From Lytechinus pictus (taxonomy: Eukaryota): DNA of 64,000 nucleotides. The stretch's first letter is position 1; every line of letters starts with the position of its first letter. Positions 39,792-49,970 of the stretch are shown here, one piece after another. The translations under genes and the position numbers were made by a program. Where the stretch lies: positions 16,742,001-16,806,000 of the forward strand of contig NC_087252.1 of the NCBI RefSeq assembly GCF_037042905.1. Reading direction: 5' to 3'. The notes under the pieces were generated by a model that was given only the letters and a program-made list of their open reading frames with translations, had not been told where the DNA came from and did not search any database.

Positions 39792-42700
39792 TCAACGAGA
39801 GTCACGTTTGATCAAATATAGCTTTACATTGTGCTTAAATCTGTTATAAAATGAAATAGAGGTTATAAATGTAGGGAGTGAATTCCAGATTGTAGGAGCA
39901 TGATGCCTACATGAATAAAAAGTAAATTCTGTATTCACATTCCATCTGTGGTATTGATTCCTGTTTCTAGTATTATAAGTATGAATTAAACTGTTCTTTA
40001 CAAACATATCCGATATGTATTTAGGAAGTTGAGTGTTTACATGTTTAAATATGAGAATTGCACACATATAGTCATTTAACTGGTATACATCTAATATATT
40101 GAGTTGTTTAAATAGTGGGCTAGAATGGGCTTGATAATGAGAAAGTGTAATTATTCTGACAACCCTCTTTTGCAGGAGGTATAAACATTTGAGTTTGGTT
40201 GGATGAGTATTTGCCCAAACAATATTACAGTAACTGAGATACGGTAAAATAAGAGTATTGTATAACATTAGCAAAACGGATTGAGGCAAGACATGGCGAA
40301 GTTTGCTGATGACACCAACATTTCTAGATATTGTTTTGTTAATTTGGGCTATATGAGTTTTCCAAGATAAATTTTCGTCAATAGTAATACCCAAGAATTT
40401 GGTTGAGGTAACACGTTTGATATAGTTTCCTGACATTTCCAATTTAAATGAATCGAGGATATCTGCTGATAAACGTCGATATTGGGAACAAAAGTATATG
40501 AAGTTAGACTTATCAGCATTAATTACCAATTTATTACATTTAAACCAGTTCGAAACTTTCAATAATTCAATGTTTAATGTGTCATATAGAGAAGTAATAT
40601 CATTTGAAGTAAATAAAATATTGGAGTCATCAGCAAATAAAATGAATTTCAATTTATCAGAACAAAAAGGCAGGTCATTGATATATATCAGAAAAAGGAG
40701 GGGCCCGAGGATTGACCCCTGGGGCACGCCGCATGAAATCTCTAATGGGTTGGACAAAATATTGTTAAAAGAAACGTATTGAATTCTATTGTATAAATAA
40801 TTCTGAAACCACTGAAGAGGTAACCCTCTTATTCCATAATTATAAAGTTTTGATATAAGTACTGAAAAGTCAATGGTGTCGAAAGCTTTGCTTAAGTCTA
40901 AGAATACTCCAATAGAGTAAAGTTTTTTATTGAAAACATTAATTAAATAATCGTGTAAATCAATTACAGCCATTTCGGTTGAAACATTCTTTAGGAAACC
41001 ATATTGACATTCATTTAAAATTGAATTTGTACATAAAAAATCATAAAGTCGATTGTAAATAAGCCTTTCCAGAATTTTTGAAAAATAAGGAAGTATGGAA
41101 ATTGGTCGATAATTAAAAACATCATGAACATCACTTTTCTTATGAACAGGTATAACTTTTGCAATCTTTAATTTGAAAGGTACAATACCAGTCAAAATAG
41201 AGAAATTAAAGATTAAATCATAATGGTTTGACTATACAATATATAACATTCTTTATAACTCGAGGATTAAAATTATCAATGCCACAACTATTTGTACAGT
41301 TTAGCTTTTTAACAACATCAGTGATATCGCTCTCAGTAATAGGTTTGAAGTAAAGAGAATTTGAATTTTGCATGGGCAAGAATTTGGTAAAATTATCAGA
41401 GCTGTTTGAAGTCTGAGATATTGAATTGTTTAAAGATAAACCAATGTTGACGAAATAAGTATTAAAAAAATCAGCTATCTCTTTAAAATCTGTGATTCGC
41501 CTTCCATCAGCATTGATATAATTTGGTAATTTATTTTTTGTTTTATGTAATATATCATTGATGAGCCGCCAAGTTTGTTTCATATTTCCCTTCATTGCAA
41601 AAAATTTAGTTTTGTAATAGTCTTTACGAGCATACCTTAATAACCTATTTATATGGTTTCTTGCTTTAACATATTTTTGCCTGTTGCTTTCAGAAGGGTT
41701 TAATATATATGATTTATAAATTCTATTCTTATCTTTGATTTTTTTATAAAGATCAGGAGAAATCCATGGCTTTTTGATTTTTTTACGGGTGGATTTATAT
41801 GATTTTGTTACAAAAACTTTATTGTATAAAAGAGTAAAAGTATCAAGAAATTTGTCAAAAGCAAGCGTTGTATCAGTAATATCAAATAATTTAGTCCAGT
41901 CATAATCTAGGAGCTCATGTTTAAATGCATTAATAGTATCATCATTGATAAGACGTAGACTAAGCTCAGGAATACCATGGACAGGAAATTGTTTCTGTGT
42001 TATTTGAAAAATAGGGAAGTGATCAGATATATCATTGTAGAATAGACCAGAGGAAACATTTAAATCAAAATTATTGGTAAATATATTATCAATGAGTGAC
42101 ATAGATCCAGCAGTAACCCTAGAAGGTTTGTCAATTAAAGGAATAAAGAAGTGAGAATGTATTATACTGAGAAAATTACTTATAGTAGCATTAGTATACT
42201 TCAAAATATCTATGTTGAAGTCACCCATTAAATAAACCTGTTTGTTTTCAGAATCAAGCTTGTTTAAACAATTTTCAAAGATGGTTGAAAATTCATTTAT
42301 ATTTGATTGAGGTTTCCTGTATATTACACCTATTATAATGTTCTTTTCTCTAAACATGTCAATTTCAATAAAAAGTGATTCATAATTATTTGAAGGTTGT
42401 AAAAAATCATTACGGATATTAAAATTATAAGTATCAGAAACTAATAAAGCAACACCACCACCTTTGCCATGTTGACGGCTAGAGTGGACAAAATAATAAC
42501 CTGGAATGTTAAATAACAAAGGGGTATTTTTACAGATCCATGTTTCAGAGAAACCGTATATTGAGAAATCGATACACAAAGTGGATATGAAAGTAGAGAT
42601 AGCATTGAAGTTTTTGTTTAGACTACGAGAATTGAAATGAAGAATACTAAAATGATTATGAACGTCGTTGAACTGAGAGGTAAAATCGTCGTCAACAAAA

Positions 42701-42918
42701 TATTTACAGTTAAGAAATCTGCTAAAATGGAATTCATCGTTATTTTGTGAGAGTTCATTAAACATATGTCTATCAAAATCTGTACATGTCACTGTATCTT
42801 GAAATATTGCACTGAATTCATCGTCACCTATACCCTGAAAAGGGAATACAGAATCATACATATATGAAAATTGCAAAGGAGCATTGGTATTACAACTGTA
42901 GAAATCATCACCTGACAT
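39792..42918 (-). pseudogene. LINE ORF2 (APE + RT) broken by one frameshift at ~41217-41220
   Basis: 5' part: HFNSRS, SETW, GGGV, MGDFN, SDH. 3' part: FLDLSKAFD, GVPQGSILGP, FADD. Junction cca tta tga t tta atc ttt aat has one extra base between KPL and LIFNFS. Confidence 0.93.
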
Positions 42919-43205
42919 CAAGTTGTGTAAGCAATATAATAAAGTAATAGAAATAACAGGAAAAGGATACAGGAGGAATAGTTGAGACAAAACAGAGTAG
43001 TTGAGAATAATAAGGAAAGAGAAACAAGAAACATGCAAAATATGAAAACATTCTATACAGTATTACAAATAACATTGGTCCCGCCAAAGTGGGAAAAAAG
43101 TAGCTATAAAGTTCAAAAAGTTCGAGATAAGAGTCCAGTTTCATAGTGAGGAGGATAAATGGTAAGAGTCAACCAGAAGTATACATGGCAGATCAATACA
43201 TGTGA

Positions 43206-43925
43206 TCAGAGCTTGTTTATATCTTCCTTACAAGTTAAGAGTTTCTTCACGCTACCAGCAGTATTTGGTAATGCAAATATTCGACCGTCGATGGACCATG
43301 CAGATTTCACTTTAGGACTAAGGCGAGCGGCATTGAGAAGAACAGCATTCTTTGCAGTCAGGTCTTCTAAGATGGACATTCGTTTACCTGCTAGTTTACG
43401 CCGGTTTCCGATGACCTCGCGACGTTTCCTGTACGAAGCGAACTTAACGATGATAGCCCGTGGTTTGGTGTTTTCAGAGGTGGACTCCTTGGGTGGACCT
43501 ATGCGATGGCTGCGATCGATGTCCTCTTTGCGCAGATTCATCTTCAGGTTATCCGTGGCAAGCTTTATAATGATGTCATCTGTGTTCTCACCAGGTGATT
43601 CTTTAATGCCGAAGAAGCGAAGGGAATTTCTCCTAGAATACTGCTCCAGACCTTCCAGACGATTGTTCAAGGCATTTAAAGCGTTCGTTCGGGTTTCCAA
43701 TTGGGATCGAAGGGATTCAATTTCAGCGCTCTTGGATTTCGATGTTGATTCTAGGTCAAGAATACGTGCTTCTTGGGTTTGTAGTTCTTCCTTGATATCT
43801 AACAGACGTTTCTCTATATGACCAGCCACAACACTTTCAAACCTAGGATCAGTGAGAATGTCTTTAATCACCGCAGACACCATAGTTGCCGTTGATTTCT
43901 CCATGGCCATACTCCTAGTGGTCAT
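43206..43925 (-). CDS. LINE ORF1 (coiled coil + RRM/CTD)
   Basis: LEQYSRRNSLRFFGIKE, DIDRSHRIG, PRAIIVKF, ILEDLT; homologous to 8685-9506. First ATG at 43925. Confidence 0.9.
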   Translation of the reverse strand: MTTRSMAMEKSTATMVSAVIKDILTDPRFESVVAGHIEKRLLDIKEELQTQEARILDLESTSKSKSAEIESLRSQLETRTNALNALNNRLEGLEQYSRRNSLRFFGIKESPGENTDDIIIKLATDNLKMNLRKEDIDRSHRIGPPKESTSENTKPRAIIVKFASYRKRREVIGNRRKLAGKRMSILEDLTAKNAVLLNAARLSPKVKSAWSIDGRIFALPNTAGSVKKLLTCKEDINKL

Positions 43926-45078
43926 ACTTGAAGTTGAAGCATTGACTGATAATGTATATAGTCTAGACTCAATGTAGTTGAAGTGATCACTCAGACTCAG
44001 TTCATTCACCTTTTCTCACAAAGGCATGAAAGGATGAAGAATAGAAGAATGCATAGAATGATGAACAATGATACCAGGAGATAATAGACGAATAAGCTCA
44101 ACTACAATGGCAAGAGTAGGCAATCAGTCACTTCGATGAACAAGAAAAAAAGAATCGTAGCTCTGACTAGCTCCATATATAAAGTACATGACTCATGAGT
44201 GGAGTTCAGTGGCAATCAAATGTACAAAAATAACACGAAAGTCAGTTAATGGGACCGTAGTAATAGTTGCTACATTACCACTGCAAATCGTTGATTAAAA
44301 TCACACGTTGATGAATGATAGTAGTAAAATGAATCACTTCTGGTTGACTATGTACAGTTAGGCAACACACATATAAGGTAAAATACAATGAAGAAAGTTA
44401 AAAAGTGGCAAAATCCAAGTAAATTTGTAGAGTAGAGAAAACCCGGCTGACCCGACGCTTCCGCTGACAACAAAATGTGATACTACAGTATCTTTTGCAT
44501 CATATATGGTACACGTTTGACACTTTAGTGGAGAGTCGCAAATTGTGGAACGACGCCTTCAACCTTGAATAATTTTCTTTTGATTTGAGATTTAGTTTCG
44601 TTTTAAGTCTAAACATGTTCTTTCTTTTGTATTCATGGTATGTAAGAACCAATTTGGTATTTTGCTTGAGATCCGTGTTATAAAAAGGACAACAAATAAA
44701 ATAAATCGAAAGTGAAATGAACCATATCCATTGTCTTTGTGTTAACATCAATTACATTTTTTTCAATACTTGACACTGAAATGTTCACAGCTTTTTATTT
44801 ATAATAATGAATAATAGTACTACTACTTCTACAACAACTACTACTACTACTACTACTACTATTACTACTATTACCACCACTACTACCACAACTACTACTA
44901 CTACTAATACTAACACTACTACTACTACATCTACTACTACTATTACTATTACTATAATACCACTAATACTACTACTACTACTATTACTACTTTTACCACC
45001 ACTACTACTACAACTACTAATACTACTACTATTACTACTACTACTAATATTACTACTACTTCCACCACTACTACTACA

Positions 45079-45113
<35 letters not shown>

Positions 45114-47156
45114 ATCTACTACTACTACTACTACTTTTACTATACTACCACTAATACTATTACTATACTACCACTAATACTACTTCTACTACTACTTTTA
45201 CTAGTACTAGTACTACTACTCTTAGATTCTTCCAGAGGGCAAATTCTACATGGGGTAACGCCCTTGACCCCATTAAAAAACCTGCAGACTTCATTAATAC
45301 AGATCTATTTGTTTTTTTATTATAAGTCGCATTAGGGCATCAAATGTCAGTTTCAAAATACTATATTTTCACGTTTTTTGATACTCCAAGTAAATACTGC
45401 ATTTTGAAAATGGCTGATGGTCATTTTTAGACTACAACCCATGTATGTTAATTGTTGCAATTTTAGAAAAACAACTGGTATGTATGTATTGAATACATTA
45501 GGCAGAATATTAACGAACGACGTTTTATGGTAACATTCGTTTTCTTTCCAATACAACTCTATTTTATGTAGCCCTTATACAGGTATATTGTTATCCTGGT
45601 CAACGGATCCTGTCTTTCCGGCGCACTTTATTATGCACTTTCTCCATTCCCTGGGGAACATTTCAACAAACAATTTATAACAAATAGCTAGGCATACTAC
45701 AACATCTTTTGCACCATACCTGGTACACATTTAACACTTTAGTGGAGAGTGGAAAATTGTGGAACGACGCCTTCAACCTTGAATAATTTTGTTTCGATTT
45801 CAGATTTAGTTTCTTTTTAAGTCTAAACATGTTATTTCTTTTGCATTCATGGTATGTAAGAACCAATAACGTGTTTTGCTTTAGATCCGTGTAATAAAAA
45901 GGAGAAAAAGAATAAATGGAACATGAAATGAATCATATCCACTGCGTTAACATCATTTGCATTTTTTTCTTTCAGTATCTGACACTGGAATGTTCACATT
46001 TTGTTATTAATGAATACCTGTACTACTACTTCTACAACCACTTCTTTTTATTAAACCGCTACTACTCTGTAAAAAATGAAGTGCTAATTCAGCACTTACA
46101 GGGCTTGTAGAGTGACTTCATTACGAGTGCTATTTTTTTTTGTTTAAATTTGAACAAAAAAATAAGCACTCGTAGTGCAGTCACTATACAAGCACTGTAA
46201 ATGCTAAATTAGCACTTCATTTTTACAGAGTACCACTACTGCTTCTACTACTACTACTACTACTGCTACTTCTACTACTACTACTACTACTACTACCACT
46301 ACTACTACTATACCATTATCACTTCTACTACTACTACTACTACGACCTCTACTTCTTCTACTATTACTAGTAGTACTACTCTTAGTTTCTTTCAGAGGGC
46401 AAATTCTACATGGGGTAACGCCCTTGACCCCATAAAAAACTACAGACTTAATTTATACAGTTCTATTTATTTTTATTCATAAGTCGCTTTAAACGCATCA
46501 TATGTCAGTTTCAAAATATTTTATTTTCACGTTTTTGATACCCCATGTAAATACTGCGTTTTGAAAATGTCTGATGGTCATTTTCAGACTAAAACCCATG
46601 TATGTTATTTGTTGCAAGTTTAGAAAAACAAAAGATATGTTTGTATTGAATATGTTAAGCAGAATATATTACGAACGACGTTTTATGGTTACATTCGGTT
46701 TTTACAATACAATTCTGTTTTATGTAGCCCTTTTACAGATATATTGTTACCCCGGTCAACGGATCATGTCTTTCCCGCGCACTTTATTATGCACTTTCTC
46801 CATTCCCTGTGGAGCATTTCAACAAACATTTTAAAATAAACAGCTCGGCATACTACATTATCTTTTGCATCATACTTGGTACACATTTAACACTTTAGTG
46901 GAGAGTGGCAAATTGTGGAACGACGCCTTCAACCTTGAATAATTTTCTTTTGATTTGAGATTTAGTTTCGTTTTAAGTCTAAACATGTTCTTTCTTTTGT
47001 ATTCATGGTATGTAAGAACCAATTTGCTATTTTGCTTAAGATCCGTGTTATAAAAAGGAGAAAAAAATAAATTGAAATTGAAATGAATCATATCCATTGT
47101 GTTAACATCATATGCTTTTTTTTTCTATACTTGACACTGGAATGTTCACATCCAGT

Positions 47157-47344
47157 ATGTAAATTTAAATAAACCTAATTTTGTATGATACAACAGACCT
47201 TCATTGCATATTCCTGAAGACATGAATATAAATTTTACCGAAATAGGGCCTAATGCAAAATTTTAAGATGATAAAAATTTGTCAGTGTTTTGTTTGTCTC
47301 ACTTTACTGTTCAAACCGTATTTTCTTCAGCCTGGAGTACCGCT
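47157..47344. mobile_element. Kolobok-like MITE right-end fragment
   Basis: Ends ttcagcctggagtaccgct|ttaa, resembling the end at 63283. Confidence 0.4.
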
Positions 47345-47618
47345 TTAAGAATCGGTATAAAGCGGGGAATGTTGATAAGTGCCAAGATATAATCCTTGAC
47401 GTGGAGAAGGTTTATGGTTCACCATGTGTAATATGAAGAAGGGAAGGAAATACAGGCAGAAAGATTGAAATGGAAAGACGAGATAGAATGAACAGAGAAA
47501 ATTAGAAGTAGGCCCTATTCTTTTCTTGAAATTGAGTGAAGTCCTGAAAAGGACTGTAAACCAGATGAGATGAGCTGAATATGGCTTGAGTAGTAGCAGG
47601 TTGAAATGAAGAGAGGTT

Positions 47619-47659
47619 ACTCGACGTTTCGGGCAGGTTGACTGTCCGTCTTCAGAAGT
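47619..47659 (-). ncRNA. Minimal type I hammerhead ribozyme (Penelope-like element type)
   Basis: Minus strand reads actt CTGAAGA c ggacag tcaac ctgccc GAAA CGTC gagt. It has the core boxes, stem II with one mismatch, a palindromic ACGT stem III, a GUC triplet and a 4-bp stem I. Confidence 0.75.
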
Positions 47660-47667
47660 GAAGGATG

Positions 47668-47767
47668 TGTGGGTGTGTGTATTTGAGTTTTGTCAGACGT
47701 GTATCAATCAAATATGATTATTTACGTCTGGGACCGACCTTTAACGTCACCATCCGAAAGACGTGAT
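47668..47767 (-). mobile_element. 5'-truncated SINE fragment with V-SINE-like core
   Basis: 10-bp TSD GTGAAGGATG (47658-47667, 47768-47777). Minus strand gtctttcggatggtgacgttaaaggtcggtccc resembles the V-SINE core as I recall it. Has a cagacgt..acgtctg hairpin and a (CA)n tail. Confidence 0.65.
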
Positions 47768-47777
47768 GTGAAGGATG

Positions 47778-48260
47778 CTAAGCGAGCGCGGGGTACTTAT
47801 GGTGAGAATGCGGACGTCGGGTGGATTGGTGGCGGGTCGGGTTGTCTGTGAAGTTCCTTGGTGCATGTTTGGTAGGCGTGGGCGGATATTATAGCGGCAT
47901 CATTGTGTCGGCGGTGCGGCGATATCAGGTGTGGGAGATGCGGCGGCTTGGGTTGTGAGTGGTGTGGTGGGCTTGGTCGTCAGCGGAGCGGCAGGCTTGG
48001 TTGTCGGCGGAGCGGCGGGCAGGTTGTCGGCGGTAGTGAAGCATGGGTGGATGAAGAAAGATTGGTGCCTTGGTGAAGGATTGGGTGCCAGATGTTGTTA
48101 AGGTGAATTCCAGTGTCCTGGGGTACTGTGTCGTGTCGCTGTATCTCAATGGCTTCCCTGACTCGTCTTGTATGCCAATGCTTGATGTTGGTAATGAGTT
48201 TGCTGTTAGCCCAGTCAATACAGTTATCTTCTTGTTGTGCGTGCTTAACAATGGCTGACT
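47778..48260 (-). mobile_element. Probable Penelope-like element remnant
   Basis: GC-rich segment with short ccgccgacaacc repeats immediately 5' of the hammerhead on the minus strand. No diagnostic RT or GIY-YIG motif seen. Confidence 0.4.
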
Positions 48261-48676
48261 TGTCCCAGTCTTTATTACGTTACGTACGTAACGTGCCCTA
48301 TCTTGAATAAGACATCCTTTTTAGGTGTTTTTGGGGTCGCGCATGGTATCCACTCGTCAATGTAAGTGACCCCTCTCCCCCGGGATAATGCAGTACTTTG
48401 ACATTAGCCATCGCGGCGACATTCCCGACCTTTCGCTGGAGAACGCGAACGCTTATTTACGACGATAGTTGCTTTTGGAAGAGACTTTTGGTCCCGCTGT
48501 AAATGACTGTCCTGCAATTTAAATTACGTTACATGAGGATTTTGTTTAGCTTTCGCATATGCAACGGAAACATCAATCTGCGGTTCGTGTGCAAAATAAT
48601 ATCGCAACAGCGACAAATAGGATTAAGGACGACTTTCCAGAGCCACATTTGGTTCCTCCCAGAGCTCGAGGGGCCG

Positions 48677-48977
48677 CCCTGGGGGCCCACTTCCATTGAC
48701 GAGTGGATACCAGGCGCGACCACGCGTCAAAAGGGAAAGAGTGGGTAAGTACGTTACGTATAGTCCTATATGTAACGTTATACGTGTGTCAAAAACGATG
48801 TTTAAAATACTGAAAAAAGGGATACATTTCCGATAACTGTAGGGTTTCACAGGCCAAATACTTGTTAAGGGATGCATTTTCATAATCTGGAAAAGACTTG
48901 CTTCCCGTGTTTAGGGTGCTTTTCGAAACCCCATGGTCGCGCCTGGTATCCACTCGTCAATGAAAATGGTCCCCCTG
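48677..48977. mobile_element. MITE with ~40-bp TIRs; a related right-end fragment lies at ~48290-48384
   Basis: cattgacgagtggataccaggcgcgacca ... tggtcgcgcctggtatccactcgtcaatg, with G/C-run termini. Confidence 0.75.
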
Positions 48978-49539
48978 AAAATTTGAATCTAATCACCCAT
49001 TTCGGGGGAACGTAAAACATAATGCCCATTACATTGTGTGCTAGATGTACATCGTTTGTGTAGGAGGAGCAGGAAAAAGGAAAAAACCCCGCAAATTCGG
49101 ATGGTGTTCAGACACGGATATGCATATTGCATATGCTGTGTACATATTAACGCATGCGAAATGGTTTCGGCTGGAGAGGTGATCTGACCCATGAAATAAA
49201 TTGCCATTGATCCACTTATAATCCACATTAGATGCAATATCGATTCGATAGACTATTATGATCTATATCTAAGCTTTAATTCAGTAAGTTTTTCCTCACT
49301 CAATAAGTACTCGATTTCTTTGAAAAACCACTTTTTTATCCATGTCATAATGTATTGTAGGCCCAGCATTTCGAATATCTCCAGCCAGCTGTCATATGTA
49401 GAGGCTCACCACCGGCTCAGGGGTGGGGGGTCATACGCTGATGACCAGTCGTACATGCATGGAAGCGGGATTTAATCTCGCAGCATGGTGCGGGTGTCGC
49501 GCGAAAGAATTTTGCGCACGATCGAAAAGCAGATCTATA

Positions 49540-49670
49540 GGGCCAGTAACACAAAGCTTAGCAATGATTGTAGAGTAGTTTTCCACGTTTGATTCTATTG
49601 ACTATAATGTACAATCAATCTTAAAAATCGAGTCTATGATTAATCCGTTAACTTTTGTGTTACTTGACCC
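49540..49670. mobile_element. Short PIF/Harbinger-like MITE
   Basis: gggccagtaacacaaa ... tttgtgttacttgaccc inverted ends; flanks ata / taa. Confidence 0.55.
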
Positions 49671-49689
49671 TAATGTCGCGGTCCAGAAG

Positions 49690-49970
49690 CATTAGCGGCG
49701 GAAGCCAAAAAATTAGGGGGGTCCACCAGAAATTTTGTGATGGACACAGGTTCAAAAATTTGACAAGCAAAAAAAAAAAAAAAAAAAAAAAAGGTTATCA
49801 ACCAAAATATTAGGGGGTGACCAGAAACATTTTAGGGGGGTCCACCTGAATTTAGGGGGGGGGGGAATGCAGGAAACCAAAAATTATCAACAAAAAATAG
49901 AGGGGGGCCGTCCCACCACCTCAAATTTAGGGGGGACCTGTCCCACCGCCCCCCCCCCCCCCGCTTTGCG
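49690..49970. mobile_element. Degenerate hAT-like MITE with G-run subrepeats
   Basis: gcggcggaagc left end, repeated ttaggggg motifs, ccccgctttgcg right end. Confidence 0.4.

Larger units (their letters stand above)
39407..44479 (-). mobile_element. Apparently full-length CR1-group LINE inserted in a satellite monomer
   Basis: 4-bp TSD ATAC (39403-39406, 44480-44483). Sister monomers show the empty site gctaggcatactacagta. On the minus strand AATAAA is followed by a (TTGAAC)n tail. Confidence 0.95.
26420..47150 (+). repeat. Satellite array 2: 14 monomers, ~3.5-kb trimeric higher-order repeat, interrupted by a LINE
   Basis: Marker ggtcaacggatc at ~26425, 27497, 28720, 29745, 31007, 32274, 33306, 34564, 35835, 36783, 38042, 39307, 45598, 46755. 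Equivalent ORFs at 30401, 33962 and 37439 give periods of 3561 and 3477. Confidence 0.95.

Noticed and set aside
41196..41220. Programmed frameshift in LINE ORF2
   Set aside because: CR1-group ORF2 is a single frame, as in the intact relative at 5251-8364, so a 1-bp mutation or sequencing error is the simpler explanation.
43159..43821. 220-aa plus-strand ORF (also 8920-9156 and 40498-40782)
   Set aside because: These are antisense shadows of LINE ORFs with no recognisable domain.
14878..45154. Many poly-Thr/Leu/Tyr ORFs resembling mucin or transmembrane proteins
   Set aside because: They are the three stop-free readings of (ACT)n microsatellites, and the frames differ between monomers.
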